DNA of 64,000 nt from Desulfatiglandales bacterium (GTDB lineage: Bacteria > Desulfobacterota > DSM-4660 > Desulfatiglandales > Desulfatiglandaceae). Both the position numbers and the translations under genes were made by a program. The first letter of the stretch is position 1. Each line of letters starts with the position of its first letter. The notes beneath the pieces are model-generated. The model did not search any database, was not told where the DNA came from, and saw only the letters and a program-made list of their open reading frames with translations. Shown in pieces: positions 1 to 8,247 of the stretch. The stretch spans positions 4,992,001 to 5,056,000 of the forward strand of contig OY759599.1 in assembly GCA_963662465.1 (NCBI GenBank), given 5' to 3'.

Positions 1-1
1 G

Positions 2-772
2 GCACTGGGGGACACCCACTATACCGAAGCCGCCGAAAATGCCGTCCGTTTTATCCTCGAAAACCTTCGAGATCCAAATGGCAGACTGCTGCGTCGCTAT
101 AGGGAACGTGAAGCCGCACTTCCCGCCTACCTGGACGACTATGCCTTCCTGGTGTGGGGACTGCTGGAACTTTATGAGGCCACATTCAATATTGTCTGGC
201 TTGAAACGGCCATCCGGCTCAATCAAGATATGATCGATATTTTCTGGGACGAGGCGGACGGGGGCCTTTTTTTCACCGGAAAGGGGAATGAAAATCTGAT
301 CACCCAAAGCAAGGAAGTTTACGATGGAGCACTCCCCTCGGGAAACTCAGTAGTAGCACTGAATTTTCTGCGATTGAACCGAATGACGGGAGATTCGGAT
401 TTGGCGCAAAAACTCGACCGACTCATGGTCGCTTTTTCCGGACAGGTCAAGAATGTCCCCATGGCCCATACCCAGTTTCTGGCTGCCGTGGATTTCATGG
501 TGGGTCCCGGTCGGGAAATCGTCATCACCGGAGATCTTGCCCTGGAGACTACCCGCGCCATGGCAAAAACCATTCAACAAAAGTTTCTGCCCAACAAAGT
601 GTTGTTGTTACGACCGGATGAGAGACCGATTGCCGACAAATACATTGCCTTGGCGCCCTTTCTGGCGGGCATGCACTCTCAAAACCGGAAGCCGACGGTC
701 TATATTTGCGAACAGTACGCCTGCAAGGCACCCGTTACAACCCTGGAGGATTTAGAGACCGCCCTCAACTGA
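2..772 (+). CDS. YyaL/SSP411 (thioredoxin domain / six-hairpin glycosidase-like) protein, 5'-truncated by the window edge
   Basis: The frame is open from base 2 (ALGDTHYTEAA...RLLRRYR...AYLDDYAFLVWGLLELYEAT). It contains FWDEADGGLFFT, YDGALPSGNS and C-terminal YICEQYACKAP, all typical of this family. Confidence 0.85.
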   Translation, partial: ALGDTHYTEAAENAVRFILENLRDPNGRLLRRYREREAALPAYLDDYAFLVWGLLELYEATFNIVWLETAIRLNQDMIDIFWDEADGGLFFTGKGNENLITQSKEVYDGALPSGNSVVALNFLRLNRMTGDSDLAQKLDRLMVAFSGQVKNVPMAHTQFLAAVDFMVGPGREIVITGDLALETTRAMAKTIQQKFLPNKVLLLRPDERPIADKYIALAPFLAGMHSQNRKPTVYICEQYACKAPVTTLEDLETALN

Positions 773-823
773 AAGTAATGCATGACATTAGCAAAAATCT
801 TTGCCGACACAAGGATTCAAAAT

Positions 824-1699
824 TTAAATTAAATTGACGGCATTTGGATCTAATCCCATGCCCCGTAACCAGTCTTGAATGGCCCTGAAAAGAAGCCGGT
901 AGTATGCATCCATGCCGCCCAGTCCCCGCCGTCCAAAATAGTAATTGATCTCCAGAAAAAGCGGCAATGGAACCGGCTCCAAAAGGGGAAATACAAAATC
1001 CACGGCAGCCAGATTAATCCCCGTGCGTCTCGCCAGCGCCTGCGCCTGTGCCTTTCCTTTTTCCTGAAGCTCAGGTAACCACTCATGGTCAATGCGAGCG
1101 CCCTTGCTGATGGTAGTAATGACTTGTCCCACTTCGACGGGGCGTTTCCAGTAGCTTATAACCTGGTCGCCCATAATGACCGCTCGGAGCACATTCCCTC
1201 CTGAGGGCACAAAATCCTGCGTCACAAACCCTTTGTTTCCGTCCCCCTCCCGCAAAGCCATGGCACCCAACGCCGCCTCCAGGGATTCCCGTCCTTTTAC
1301 CATAAAAACGCCTTCGGCTTCGTGGCTCACATCGTCCTTGACCACAAAGGGAAAGGGATGCGGCATTCCAGCGGCGCCGAAAACGACATTTTTGAATGCC
1401 TCAACCGTCTTCCAACGAAAGGTTTTGGGATGAGGCAATTGAAATTCCTGGAACAAACGACTTTGTCCGACCTTACCGGGGTAGGCTTGGCGCATTTTAT
1501 AACTGGGAAACATGTTTATTCCGGCTTCGGAACACGCACTTACCAGGCTTTCCACCCGTCCCTGGGGTAAAATAACGGCCTGCGCGCCGCGAATCAGTCG
1601 GAGGTTTTCCTCATTGAGAGCGCGAGCTCCCAGAATAATCTGGCAGTCGGCTGTAAAACAGGGGTGAAAGGACAGGATCATGGCTGTTGTTGACCTCAT
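824..1699 (-). CDS. RimK/glutathione-synthase-like ATP-grasp protein (start may be ATG 1681)
   Basis: PFPFVVK, EGVFMV, VTQDFVP, AAVDF and LFLEINYYFG motifs of the ATP-grasp fold. Confidence 0.8.
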   Translation of the reverse strand: MRSTTAMILSFHPCFTADCQIILGARALNEENLRLIRGAQAVILPQGRVESLVSACSEAGINMFPSYKMRQAYPGKVGQSRLFQEFQLPHPKTFRWKTVEAFKNVVFGAAGMPHPFPFVVKDDVSHEAEGVFMVKGRESLEAALGAMALREGDGNKGFVTQDFVPSGGNVLRAVIMGDQVISYWKRPVEVGQVITTISKGARIDHEWLPELQEKGKAQAQALARRTGINLAAVDFVFPLLEPVPLPLFLEINYYFGRRGLGGMDAYYRLLFRAIQDWLRGMGLDPNAVNLI

Positions 1700-1774
1700 T
1701 CAGGTGGCTTCTGTTTCAGGCGATGTCAAGTGCGACACCCGGAACATCGGGTTCCGAACTAAAAAAACCGATGT

Positions 1775-1803
1775 TTGACTTTGTCTTTGCTTGTGACTAT
1801 ATT
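1775..1803 (+). promoter_or_regulatory. sigma70-type promoter of the FmdB operon
   Basis: TTGACT-17 nt-TATATT upstream of the AAGGAG SD and ATG 1839. Confidence 0.6.
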
Positions 1804-1838
1804 GGGGGACTTATACGATACAATCAAGGAGCAAAACA

Positions 1839-2084
1839 ATGCCTATTTATGAATTCAAATGCCTTGAGTGCGGTGAAGTTTTTGAAAAGCTGTTTATGAA
1901 CTCGGATGAAAAAGCCGATCTCTCATGTCCCAAGTGTTCGTCATACACCCTTCAAAAGGTGGCCAGCGCCACCAATTATGCCCTGGGTGTGGGACCTGGG
2001 GGCAATCAACCCAAGATGACAACCAAATCTTGCGGTTCGGGCAACCAGTGCATGACCCTGGACTTGCCGGGACCATCAAGATAA
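1839..2084 (+). CDS. FmdB family zinc-ribbon protein
   Basis: MPIYEFKCLECG...CPKCSS signature; good SD (AAGGAG). Confidence 0.9.
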   Translation: MPIYEFKCLECGEVFEKLFMNSDEKADLSCPKCSSYTLQKVASATNYALGVGPGGNQPKMTTKSCGSGNQCMTLDLPGPSR

Positions 2085-2362
2085 TGGATATGCCTGCCTT
2101 GCCACTGCTGAAACGGGAACTTGACGAAGATGATAAGTTCCATATCACGGATCTCTTTCATCGGGAAATTGCCGCCCGGCTTTTACGCATGGATGCACGA
2201 ATCGGAAACATCTGCTGTGAATTTGCCGGACCCCAGTACCGGAATTGGATACTTGAATTCAAATCCTCCCGGTGGGGGCTGGAAGTGGTTGATTTTGAAT
2301 ACGACGAAGACGCTAGAAGCTTCGATTTGCCATCACCTGTCACTATTTTGGAACGATATTGA
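2084..2362 (+). CDS. small hypothetical protein (92 aa)
   Basis: ATG overlaps the FmdB stop (TAATG), and its stop overlaps the next gene's start, which indicates operon coupling. It is the 3' part of ORF 1925..2362. Confidence 0.65.
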   Translation: MDMPALPLLKRELDEDDKFHITDLFHREIAARLLRMDARIGNICCEFAGPQYRNWILEFKSSRWGLEVVDFEYDEDARSFDLPSPVTILERY

Positions 2363-3462
2363 AAATGTTTGATCAAAAATTTTTTGGAAGAGAACCGGTC
2401 CAAAGGGCCAAATGCCCTTTTTGCGATTTGCCCGTTGAAAAACCAAAAGAACTGGCCACCCGAAAACCCGGGGAAATGCCCGTCGGCATATGTTCATGCG
2501 GCGCCGTGTATGCCTGCGATGAAACCGGCCATAACCTGGGAGCGGCCCTGATTGAAGCCCTGCTGTTCGGCTGTAACATGGACTGGGACCTGGCATGGGG
2601 GCTGGTGGCGGATGAGGATTATAAACAAGAAATCCTTGAGAATTACGATCTCATCACACACCTGGTGATCCCTTCCGGAACCTATGAGGGCAGAAGAATA
2701 TCCGGGGCCCTTTATTTTATCCGGCTGCATCAGGAAGTGCAGGAAGTTACTGCCCAGGGGGCCAGGGAGCGACTGAATAACGCTGTCAACCATACACCCA
2801 GATCATGGGATAAACAAAGTCGCACCCACAACATGAGCAAGAAAGAGGTGGAAAAAAAGGTCAAGGCATACCAGATAGACCCCATACTGGATGCCGCTCG
2901 GAACGACAAAAAGGTCATCCGGTATCTTCAGCGCCTGCTCTATTCAGGGGACAGTCTGCTTCGCCACAGGGCTGCCGAAGCCCTTGGCCGCGCTTGCGCC
3001 ATTGTCGGAGACAAGGACCCGGGAATGGTTTCCAAACTCCTGCAGGGGCTTTTTTATTCTCTCACGGATACGGCGGCGTTTCCCCTGGGCGCTTTTGAGG
3101 CCATTGGTGAGATCATTACCCATCGGCCCGATCTGTATGGCGGATATACGGCCCAACTCTACCAGTTCACGGGGGATGTTAACCGCCGGATCGATGCTTT
3201 GAAAGCCCTCGGGAGAATTTCGACAACCCAGGCGCCTTTCATCCGCAAGCACACCCTCTACTTTTTTGCCTTTCTTGAAGACCAGGATCCTTCGGTCCGT
3301 GGATATACCACATGGCTCATGGGCAATATCGGGGCTCACGAAGCCGGGAAAGACATGGAAAAGCTTTTGGATGACCCCCATGAAATCGAGATCTACGAAA
3401 CCGGCAATATCCGAAAAATATCGGTGGGTCAAATCGCTTCAGAAGCTCTGAAGAAACTATGA
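2359..3462 (+). CDS. Cys-motif N-terminal domain plus HEAT/PBS-lyase-like repeat protein
   Basis: N-terminal CPFC...CSCGAVYAC. C-terminal helical repeats: LLRHRAAEALG, AFEAIGEI, DALKALGRI, LEDQDPSVRGYTTWLMGNIG. Confidence 0.75.
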   Translation: MKMFDQKFFGREPVQRAKCPFCDLPVEKPKELATRKPGEMPVGICSCGAVYACDETGHNLGAALIEALLFGCNMDWDLAWGLVADEDYKQEILENYDLITHLVIPSGTYEGRRISGALYFIRLHQEVQEVTAQGARERLNNAVNHTPRSWDKQSRTHNMSKKEVEKKVKAYQIDPILDAARNDKKVIRYLQRLLYSGDSLLRHRAAEALGRACAIVGDKDPGMVSKLLQGLFYSLTDTAAFPLGAFEAIGEIITHRPDLYGGYTAQLYQFTGDVNRRIDALKALGRISTTQAPFIRKHTLYFFAFLEDQDPSVRGYTTWLMGNIGAHEAGKDMEKLLDDPHEIEIYETGNIRKISVGQIASEALKKL

Positions 3463-4601
3463 TTGTTTCATATCTATTCGCTTCCCCGGAAGGCGATATT
3501 CCCCTTGAACCGGAAGATCTGTCCAAACCGTTCCGCATAGCGCCCGAAAAAAACCACCCTGTTCTGACCCTTGGCAACTATTTTGATACCCTCAAGGCAT
3601 GTGTTTTGAAAAACCAGGGAGAACTCCTGCAACGCATACTGAAAAATGGACGGCATTGGCGCCTGGAGGATCTATGGAAAATCAAAATTCGCAGTGAAAA
3701 GCATGGCATCCTTTATCACGTGGCCGGCGTCGAAGTGTTTATAAAAGAAACCCGGACAAAATTTACACTGAGTACGGCCATTTCCAGGAAAGGCATTGAA
3801 TGCCTGGTACGCGAACATGACACGCTGGCTCATTTAAACAGTACCTTTGATTTATCATTTTTGCCGGAAATTTACGGCATCAGGGAATTGGCATATCAAA
3901 CGAAACAGGGAACAGCCGAAAAGATGGTCATCCTGATCGCCCAATGGTTTGAGGATTACCATGAATGGCATATGGTCATGGACCCGACGGACGGCAGACA
4001 AAAAATTCAAATCTGGGACTTGAAAAGAGGCCATCGATATGCTTCTTCCACTGAAGGATTTCACATTTTTGAGGAATCCTCCAAAATCCTGGCCCTTTAT
4101 TATGACGGTCGGGATTTCAGCCGGATTGGTGCCTGGCATCATGCGGCCGGAGACTTTATCATCAACGCTCGGGAGGATGGGGGAATAAATGTCAGGCTGA
4201 CCACCGTTCGGGAATACGAGCCGCTGCTGGAAACGGAAAATGCCGGCCCCATGATTGCCATGGCCTATTTTTTCCTGGATACAACGGTCAGGATGCGGCT
4301 CGACAGGCTGGATGGGGTCGGAGAAACGGTTTGGGCGGGCGATTTTGCCGTAACCGCCACCGTCAAGGGATTTATTGAAGGACTTCGTGCGCGGGAAATA
4401 AAAGGAAATGGTGTTGCGGGGGTCCGGACGGCGGACCTTCTTTCCCTGCTGCAATCTTTCGACAAACCGGAACTCAGCCAGGTTTTCGAGCCGCTGCTGG
4501 CCCATTACGCGGCACGGGGTTCAAATGACATGGGTCCCATAAGTGCCCACATTGCCGATCACATCAGCTGCCTGCGCCAAGCCCTTCAGGATTTTCATTG
4601 A
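3459..4601 (+). CDS. conserved hypothetical protein, possibly protein-kinase-like fold
   Basis: 380-aa ORF coupled by an ATGA overlap. The motif order REHDTL / FLPEIYG / LIAQWFEDY / WHHAAGDFII resembles the kinase-like fold. Confidence 0.65.
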   Translation: MIVSYLFASPEGDIPLEPEDLSKPFRIAPEKNHPVLTLGNYFDTLKACVLKNQGELLQRILKNGRHWRLEDLWKIKIRSEKHGILYHVAGVEVFIKETRTKFTLSTAISRKGIECLVREHDTLAHLNSTFDLSFLPEIYGIRELAYQTKQGTAEKMVILIAQWFEDYHEWHMVMDPTDGRQKIQIWDLKRGHRYASSTEGFHIFEESSKILALYYDGRDFSRIGAWHHAAGDFIINAREDGGINVRLTTVREYEPLLETENAGPMIAMAYFFLDTTVRMRLDRLDGVGETVWAGDFAVTATVKGFIEGLRAREIKGNGVAGVRTADLLSLLQSFDKPELSQVFEPLLAHYAARGSNDMGPISAHIADHISCLRQALQDFH

Positions 4602-4603
4602 CC
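4564..4603. repeat. 40-bp direct repeat, copy 1 (copy 2 at 5458-5497)
   Basis: tcagctgcctgcgccaagcccttcaggattttcattgacc; 38/40 identical to copy 2. Confidence 0.95.
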
Positions 4604-4645
4604 CGTTTGCATCATCCCGGATACCTATAATTCTCCTGCCCGTCC

Positions 4646-4672
4646 GTAGAGACAAGGCATGCCTTGTCTCAC
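4646..4672. repeat. GTAG-type REP-like palindrome
   Basis: GTAG leading into the perfect 22-bp palindrome gagacaaggcatgccttgtctc. Confidence 0.7.
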
Positions 4673-5095
4673 CTATCGATCATACGGCGACAGTACTGGA
4701 ATAATTTGTTTTTTGTTTTTCCGATAGATGCCAAAATCAGTATCAATCGTAAAAACAGCGCTTTCGGCGTATACTTCTGCCATTTTCACCAGGCAGGCAT
4801 CTGCCAACGACATCGGAACATTGGAATATTTCCGCGAAAGCCAGGCCATTTGGCTTATATGCTCAATCATTCTAAAAGGAATATCCAAGATCCTTCGTTT
4901 AAGAAGTTCAAAAACAGCGATTTGTCCTCCATCAAAACCACCGAGAAGAAAACATGCCTCTGATAACACGGCTTCACACGTCAACAAAGGGGGCTCAATC
5001 TGCGCCCATTGCAATGTCGCCCACTTATGGTATTTGTCCCTGCCGTTAATAATCGCCACAAGAGGCCCGGTATCCAAAATAACACGTCGCTTCAT
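4673..5095 (-). CDS. vapC: VapC/PIN-domain toxin
   Basis: VILDTGPLVA, EAVLSEA, MSLADACLV and FTIDTDF acidic PIN motifs. Confidence 0.9.
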   Translation of the reverse strand: MKRRVILDTGPLVAIINGRDKYHKWATLQWAQIEPPLLTCEAVLSEACFLLGGFDGGQIAVFELLKRRILDIPFRMIEHISQMAWLSRKYSNVPMSLADACLVKMAEVYAESAVFTIDTDFGIYRKNKKQIIPVLSPYDR

Positions 5096-5331
5096 TTGCC
5101 GTAACCACGCATGTGCTTTTGATGAAAAGACAGGTCCACCGGTCCCTTCACAGATCCCACAAGATCTTTAGCAAGATCTAAACAGGATCCCTTTGGGGCG
5201 TGAAGGTCTCCTGCTATAAATGTCTCAATGGCTTCTCTTAACAGTGCAGACCTGCTTTCACCTCTTTCCCTCGCCATGGAATCAAGATTTACAAGCAATG
5301 ATTCCGACAACTTGAGTGACAATGTTTTCAT
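5092..5331 (-). CDS. CopG/ribbon-helix-helix antitoxin
   Basis: MKTLSLKL...SRSALLREAI; 4-nt overlap directly upstream of the PIN toxin. Confidence 0.85.
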   Translation of the reverse strand: MKTLSLKLSESLLVNLDSMARERGESRSALLREAIETFIAGDLHAPKGSCLDLAKDLVGSVKGPVDLSFHQKHMRGYGK

Positions 5332-5457
5332 AACACCCTCCCCTTATAATACCATCCTGACCGAAGGGTAATACCACGGCGATTTTATGTCAAGAATATA
5401 ATGAGAAGCAAAATGCCCTTGATGGGGGAATGGGAGTGGCCGAAACGATGATCAAAG

Positions 5458-5497
5458 TCAGCTGCCTGCGTCAGGCCCTTCAGGATTTTCATTGACC
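5458..5497. repeat. 40-bp direct repeat, copy 2
   Basis: tcagctgcctgcgtcaggcccttcaggattttcattgacc. Confidence 0.95.
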
Positions 5498-6111
5498 AGA
5501 TCTTCCACGGTTGTCTTGATGATTTTCGGAATAGAGATCAGCAGGGATGCCCTTTCCTCGGCAGAATCATTTTTGATATTCTCCAGAAGGTCCCTGGATA
5601 ATTCAAACAGCTCCTTCTGTACCCCATCCATGTTAAAGATGGGATAGGCCTGACCCTTCTTGAAGCCGGTGCTGCCGCAAATCCGCGGCACCCGATGGAC
5701 CATGGTGGGAATACCGTAAACCCGACAGGTGATGGGGCGATAAGGGTACAGAATGCAAGCGTCTTCATCGTTGAGCAGGGGACAGCGAATTCTCGCTCTG
5801 GCCATGGAATAGGCACTCATCTGGGGATCATCCCTGAACTCCCCAAGGGTTCTTTGAAGAATTTCAAGCTCCTTTTCCGCTGCAAGCCCCCTTGCCAGGG
5901 CCGCATTTTTCTCCGTTTCCCCAAGCTGATCGAAATCATGCTTCAAAAAAACGGCTTCGATCAGAAAAAGTCCAAACACGGCGTGACAGCAATCCGCGCA
6001 GCCGGGCTTGCAGGCAATACAATCCGGATATTCCCTTGCCATCCGCTCAAAGGACTTGTCTGCTCGACTGACCAGTCTATCGTAAGGCTCAAATAAATAA
6101 GAAAAATCCAT
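5458..6111 (-). CDS. YkgJ/UPF0153 (CxxCxxCC) cysteine-cluster protein
   Basis: CKPGCADCC ... RCPLL...CILYPYRPITCRVYG...C. Confidence 0.9.
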   Translation of the reverse strand: MDFSYLFEPYDRLVSRADKSFERMAREYPDCIACKPGCADCCHAVFGLFLIEAVFLKHDFDQLGETEKNAALARGLAAEKELEILQRTLGEFRDDPQMSAYSMARARIRCPLLNDEDACILYPYRPITCRVYGIPTMVHRVPRICGSTGFKKGQAYPIFNMDGVQKELFELSRDLLENIKNDSAEERASLLISIPKIIKTTVEDLVNENPEGPDAGS

Positions 6112-6113
6112 TT

Positions 6114-6734
6114 TTATCGATGCGGCTCCAATGCTTTTAGAAACTCGGGATGAGGGTCAAGCCCTAAGGCAACCGCCTTGTCCAAATTTTCAATGGCCTT
6201 CGAATAATCACCCTTATTGTAATAGGCGGAGGCGAGGTTGTTCCGACCGAGAGCGAAATCAGGGGCAAGCGCCGCCATTTTTTCCCCGGTTTCAATGGCT
6301 TTTTCAATCTCATCATTTTGCAAATAGGCGTTGGTCAGATTGTTCCAGGCTTGAATAATCTCCGGATTCAGTTCAATGGCTTTGGTAAGGGCATTAATGG
6401 CCTCTTCGGTTTTCATCATCTGAAGATAAGCGAAACCGAGGTTGGCGTATCCCCGTGCGTATCGGGGCTCTATCTGAATCGCTCTCTCATTGACATGAAT
6501 AACCCTCTCCAGATCCCCCTTCTTAAAGTAAATATAACCCAGGTTAACAAATGCTTCAAACATTCGCGCGCTGTTTTCAATGGCGTCGTTAAAGGCGCCG
6601 ATGGCCTCATCCAGCTTTCCCTGTTCCATGAGGGAAACCCCCTCATTATATTGTGTGCTGGCGCATTCCGTATCTTCATCCCGTATTTGTTTTTGCTTGA
6701 AAATAAACTCTTCCGAGTCCTGTGGCGTCTTCAT
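6114..6734 (-). CDS. tetratricopeptide repeat protein
   Basis: About five 34-aa repeats with AxxNLG/NLA consensus. Confidence 0.9.
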   Translation of the reverse strand: MKTPQDSEEFIFKQKQIRDEDTECASTQYNEGVSLMEQGKLDEAIGAFNDAIENSARMFEAFVNLGYIYFKKGDLERVIHVNERAIQIEPRYARGYANLGFAYLQMMKTEEAINALTKAIELNPEIIQAWNNLTNAYLQNDEIEKAIETGEKMAALAPDFALGRNNLASAYYNKGDYSKAIENLDKAVALGLDPHPEFLKALEPHR

Positions 6735-6743
6735 GGTATACCT

Positions 6744-8072
6744 CTAAGCTTGGTTAAAATCAGAAGAAAAAAAACTCTTCATAACGTTAATAAATTCTTC
6801 TCCGCGATGGGCGGTGGACGGCTTTGATTTTTCAGATACCAGCACATCCTTCTTTAAAAAGGGCAAAAAATCCGACACCCCCGGAACCACGACCCTGACA
6901 ACGGGAAACCCCAAAACAGGATGAGTATGGTTCAAAATAATCGCGTCGGTTTTCAAATGTCGGCAGATCCCCTTAAGGTCATCAATCTCTTCAAAGATGT
7001 CTTTGCATTTTTTTTCCCTGAAAGGCGTTGGCTTTCCATTTTCCAAAAATGAAATATCTTTCAACGCCACACCGCATCGCATGAGCATATAGTAATCATC
7101 AACCGCTGCCTTGCGAACCACCGCTTTATCAAAATTGGGCCTTGATTTTTTAAGTGTGGCACGCCCCTGTACGCCCTCCGTAAAACATCGGGTTAACCCC
7201 TCCATGAGGTTAAAAGATGCCCCAGGCGTGAGGACCCGGTGTTCGAGACGATCCGGGGCCAGGTTGTGGTTGGTGTACAAAACGCCGATCACCGGCAGCA
7301 TGCCGTCAAATGAAAGGTCCTTGATAAGCACTGAAATGTTCTGTTTCTCATAAAACCCGATCATTTCCTGAACAAAGGGGTCTTTCACGGTCCGGCTGTC
7401 GATGGTGGGGACTTCTTTTTCGGGTCTGACAACCCGAATCTGCACATATCGTTCAAATATCTCACAAGTGGCCTGCACAAGGGCTTCTTCAAGGGTATTG
7501 CCGGCGGCCATGCCATTGGACCCATGAATATAGTTGACAAAATTGACAGGCACCTTAATATTTTGCTGCTTCACCAGTGAAAAACCATCCACCCAATGAC
7601 GGCACATTTCGCTGTTTTTAATGCTTTGGATATCTTCTGTTGACAAATGGGTTTCCTTTTGCAGCAACGCTTCCACCGTCAACGGATGGTCCAGCTCATC
7701 CTGGTGGGCATTGACGTAACCTTCCATCCATTCAAAATTGAGAAACCGCCTGGCGTCCCGGCCATATAACGCCGGCATATTGAACCGAACCTGTTCTTCA
7801 AAGACCGGATAAAACATACCGGCACTCAGCCGTTCGGTCAATTCCGCCAATGCGCTGGCTTCACAAAGAGAAGCGGTTGTTCCCTTCCCTTCACAGATGA
7901 TCTTGATTGAATCAATCCAGATTTGCCCCCAGTAGAGATTGTCCGCTGCCTTGAATTGCCGGTATTCCGGTTGAAGGCGCAAGCGTTTAAACCCCTTCCG
8001 AATTCGGTCGATGGTGTTGGCGGGAATATCGCATTTCCCATAATCGTTTCTAACAAAGTTCCGCAATTTCAT
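6744..8072 (-). CDS. ycaO: YcaO-family protein
   Basis: GKG..ASALAELTER, GSNGMAAGNTLEEALVQATCEIFER, RCFTE and LGFPVVRVVVPG are YcaO ATP-binding and core motifs. Confidence 0.9.
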   Translation of the reverse strand: MKLRNFVRNDYGKCDIPANTIDRIRKGFKRLRLQPEYRQFKAADNLYWGQIWIDSIKIICEGKGTTASLCEASALAELTERLSAGMFYPVFEEQVRFNMPALYGRDARRFLNFEWMEGYVNAHQDELDHPLTVEALLQKETHLSTEDIQSIKNSEMCRHWVDGFSLVKQQNIKVPVNFVNYIHGSNGMAAGNTLEEALVQATCEIFERYVQIRVVRPEKEVPTIDSRTVKDPFVQEMIGFYEKQNISVLIKDLSFDGMLPVIGVLYTNHNLAPDRLEHRVLTPGASFNLMEGLTRCFTEGVQGRATLKKSRPNFDKAVVRKAAVDDYYMLMRCGVALKDISFLENGKPTPFREKKCKDIFEEIDDLKGICRHLKTDAIILNHTHPVLGFPVVRVVVPGVSDFLPFLKKDVLVSEKSKPSTAHRGEEFINVMKSFFSSDFNQA

Positions 8073-8164
8073 GCCGGATATCCCTTACATTTCCGCCGGA
8101 TCGAATTCATCTTAAACCCCATAAACCGGGAACCCATCCGTTAAACATCCAATCCACATGAAGC

Positions 8165-8197
8165 AAAAAGGCCGCAACCCAACCGGGACAGCGACCT
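8165..8197 (-). terminator. intrinsic terminator after dsrD
   Basis: Minus strand aggtcgctgtccc-ggtt-gggttgcggcct followed by a short T run; imperfect stem. Confidence 0.55.
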
Positions 8198-8247
8198 CTT
8201 TGCTATCAGTTCGTCTTTATTGGTACAGCAAGCCAAAACAATCTTTT

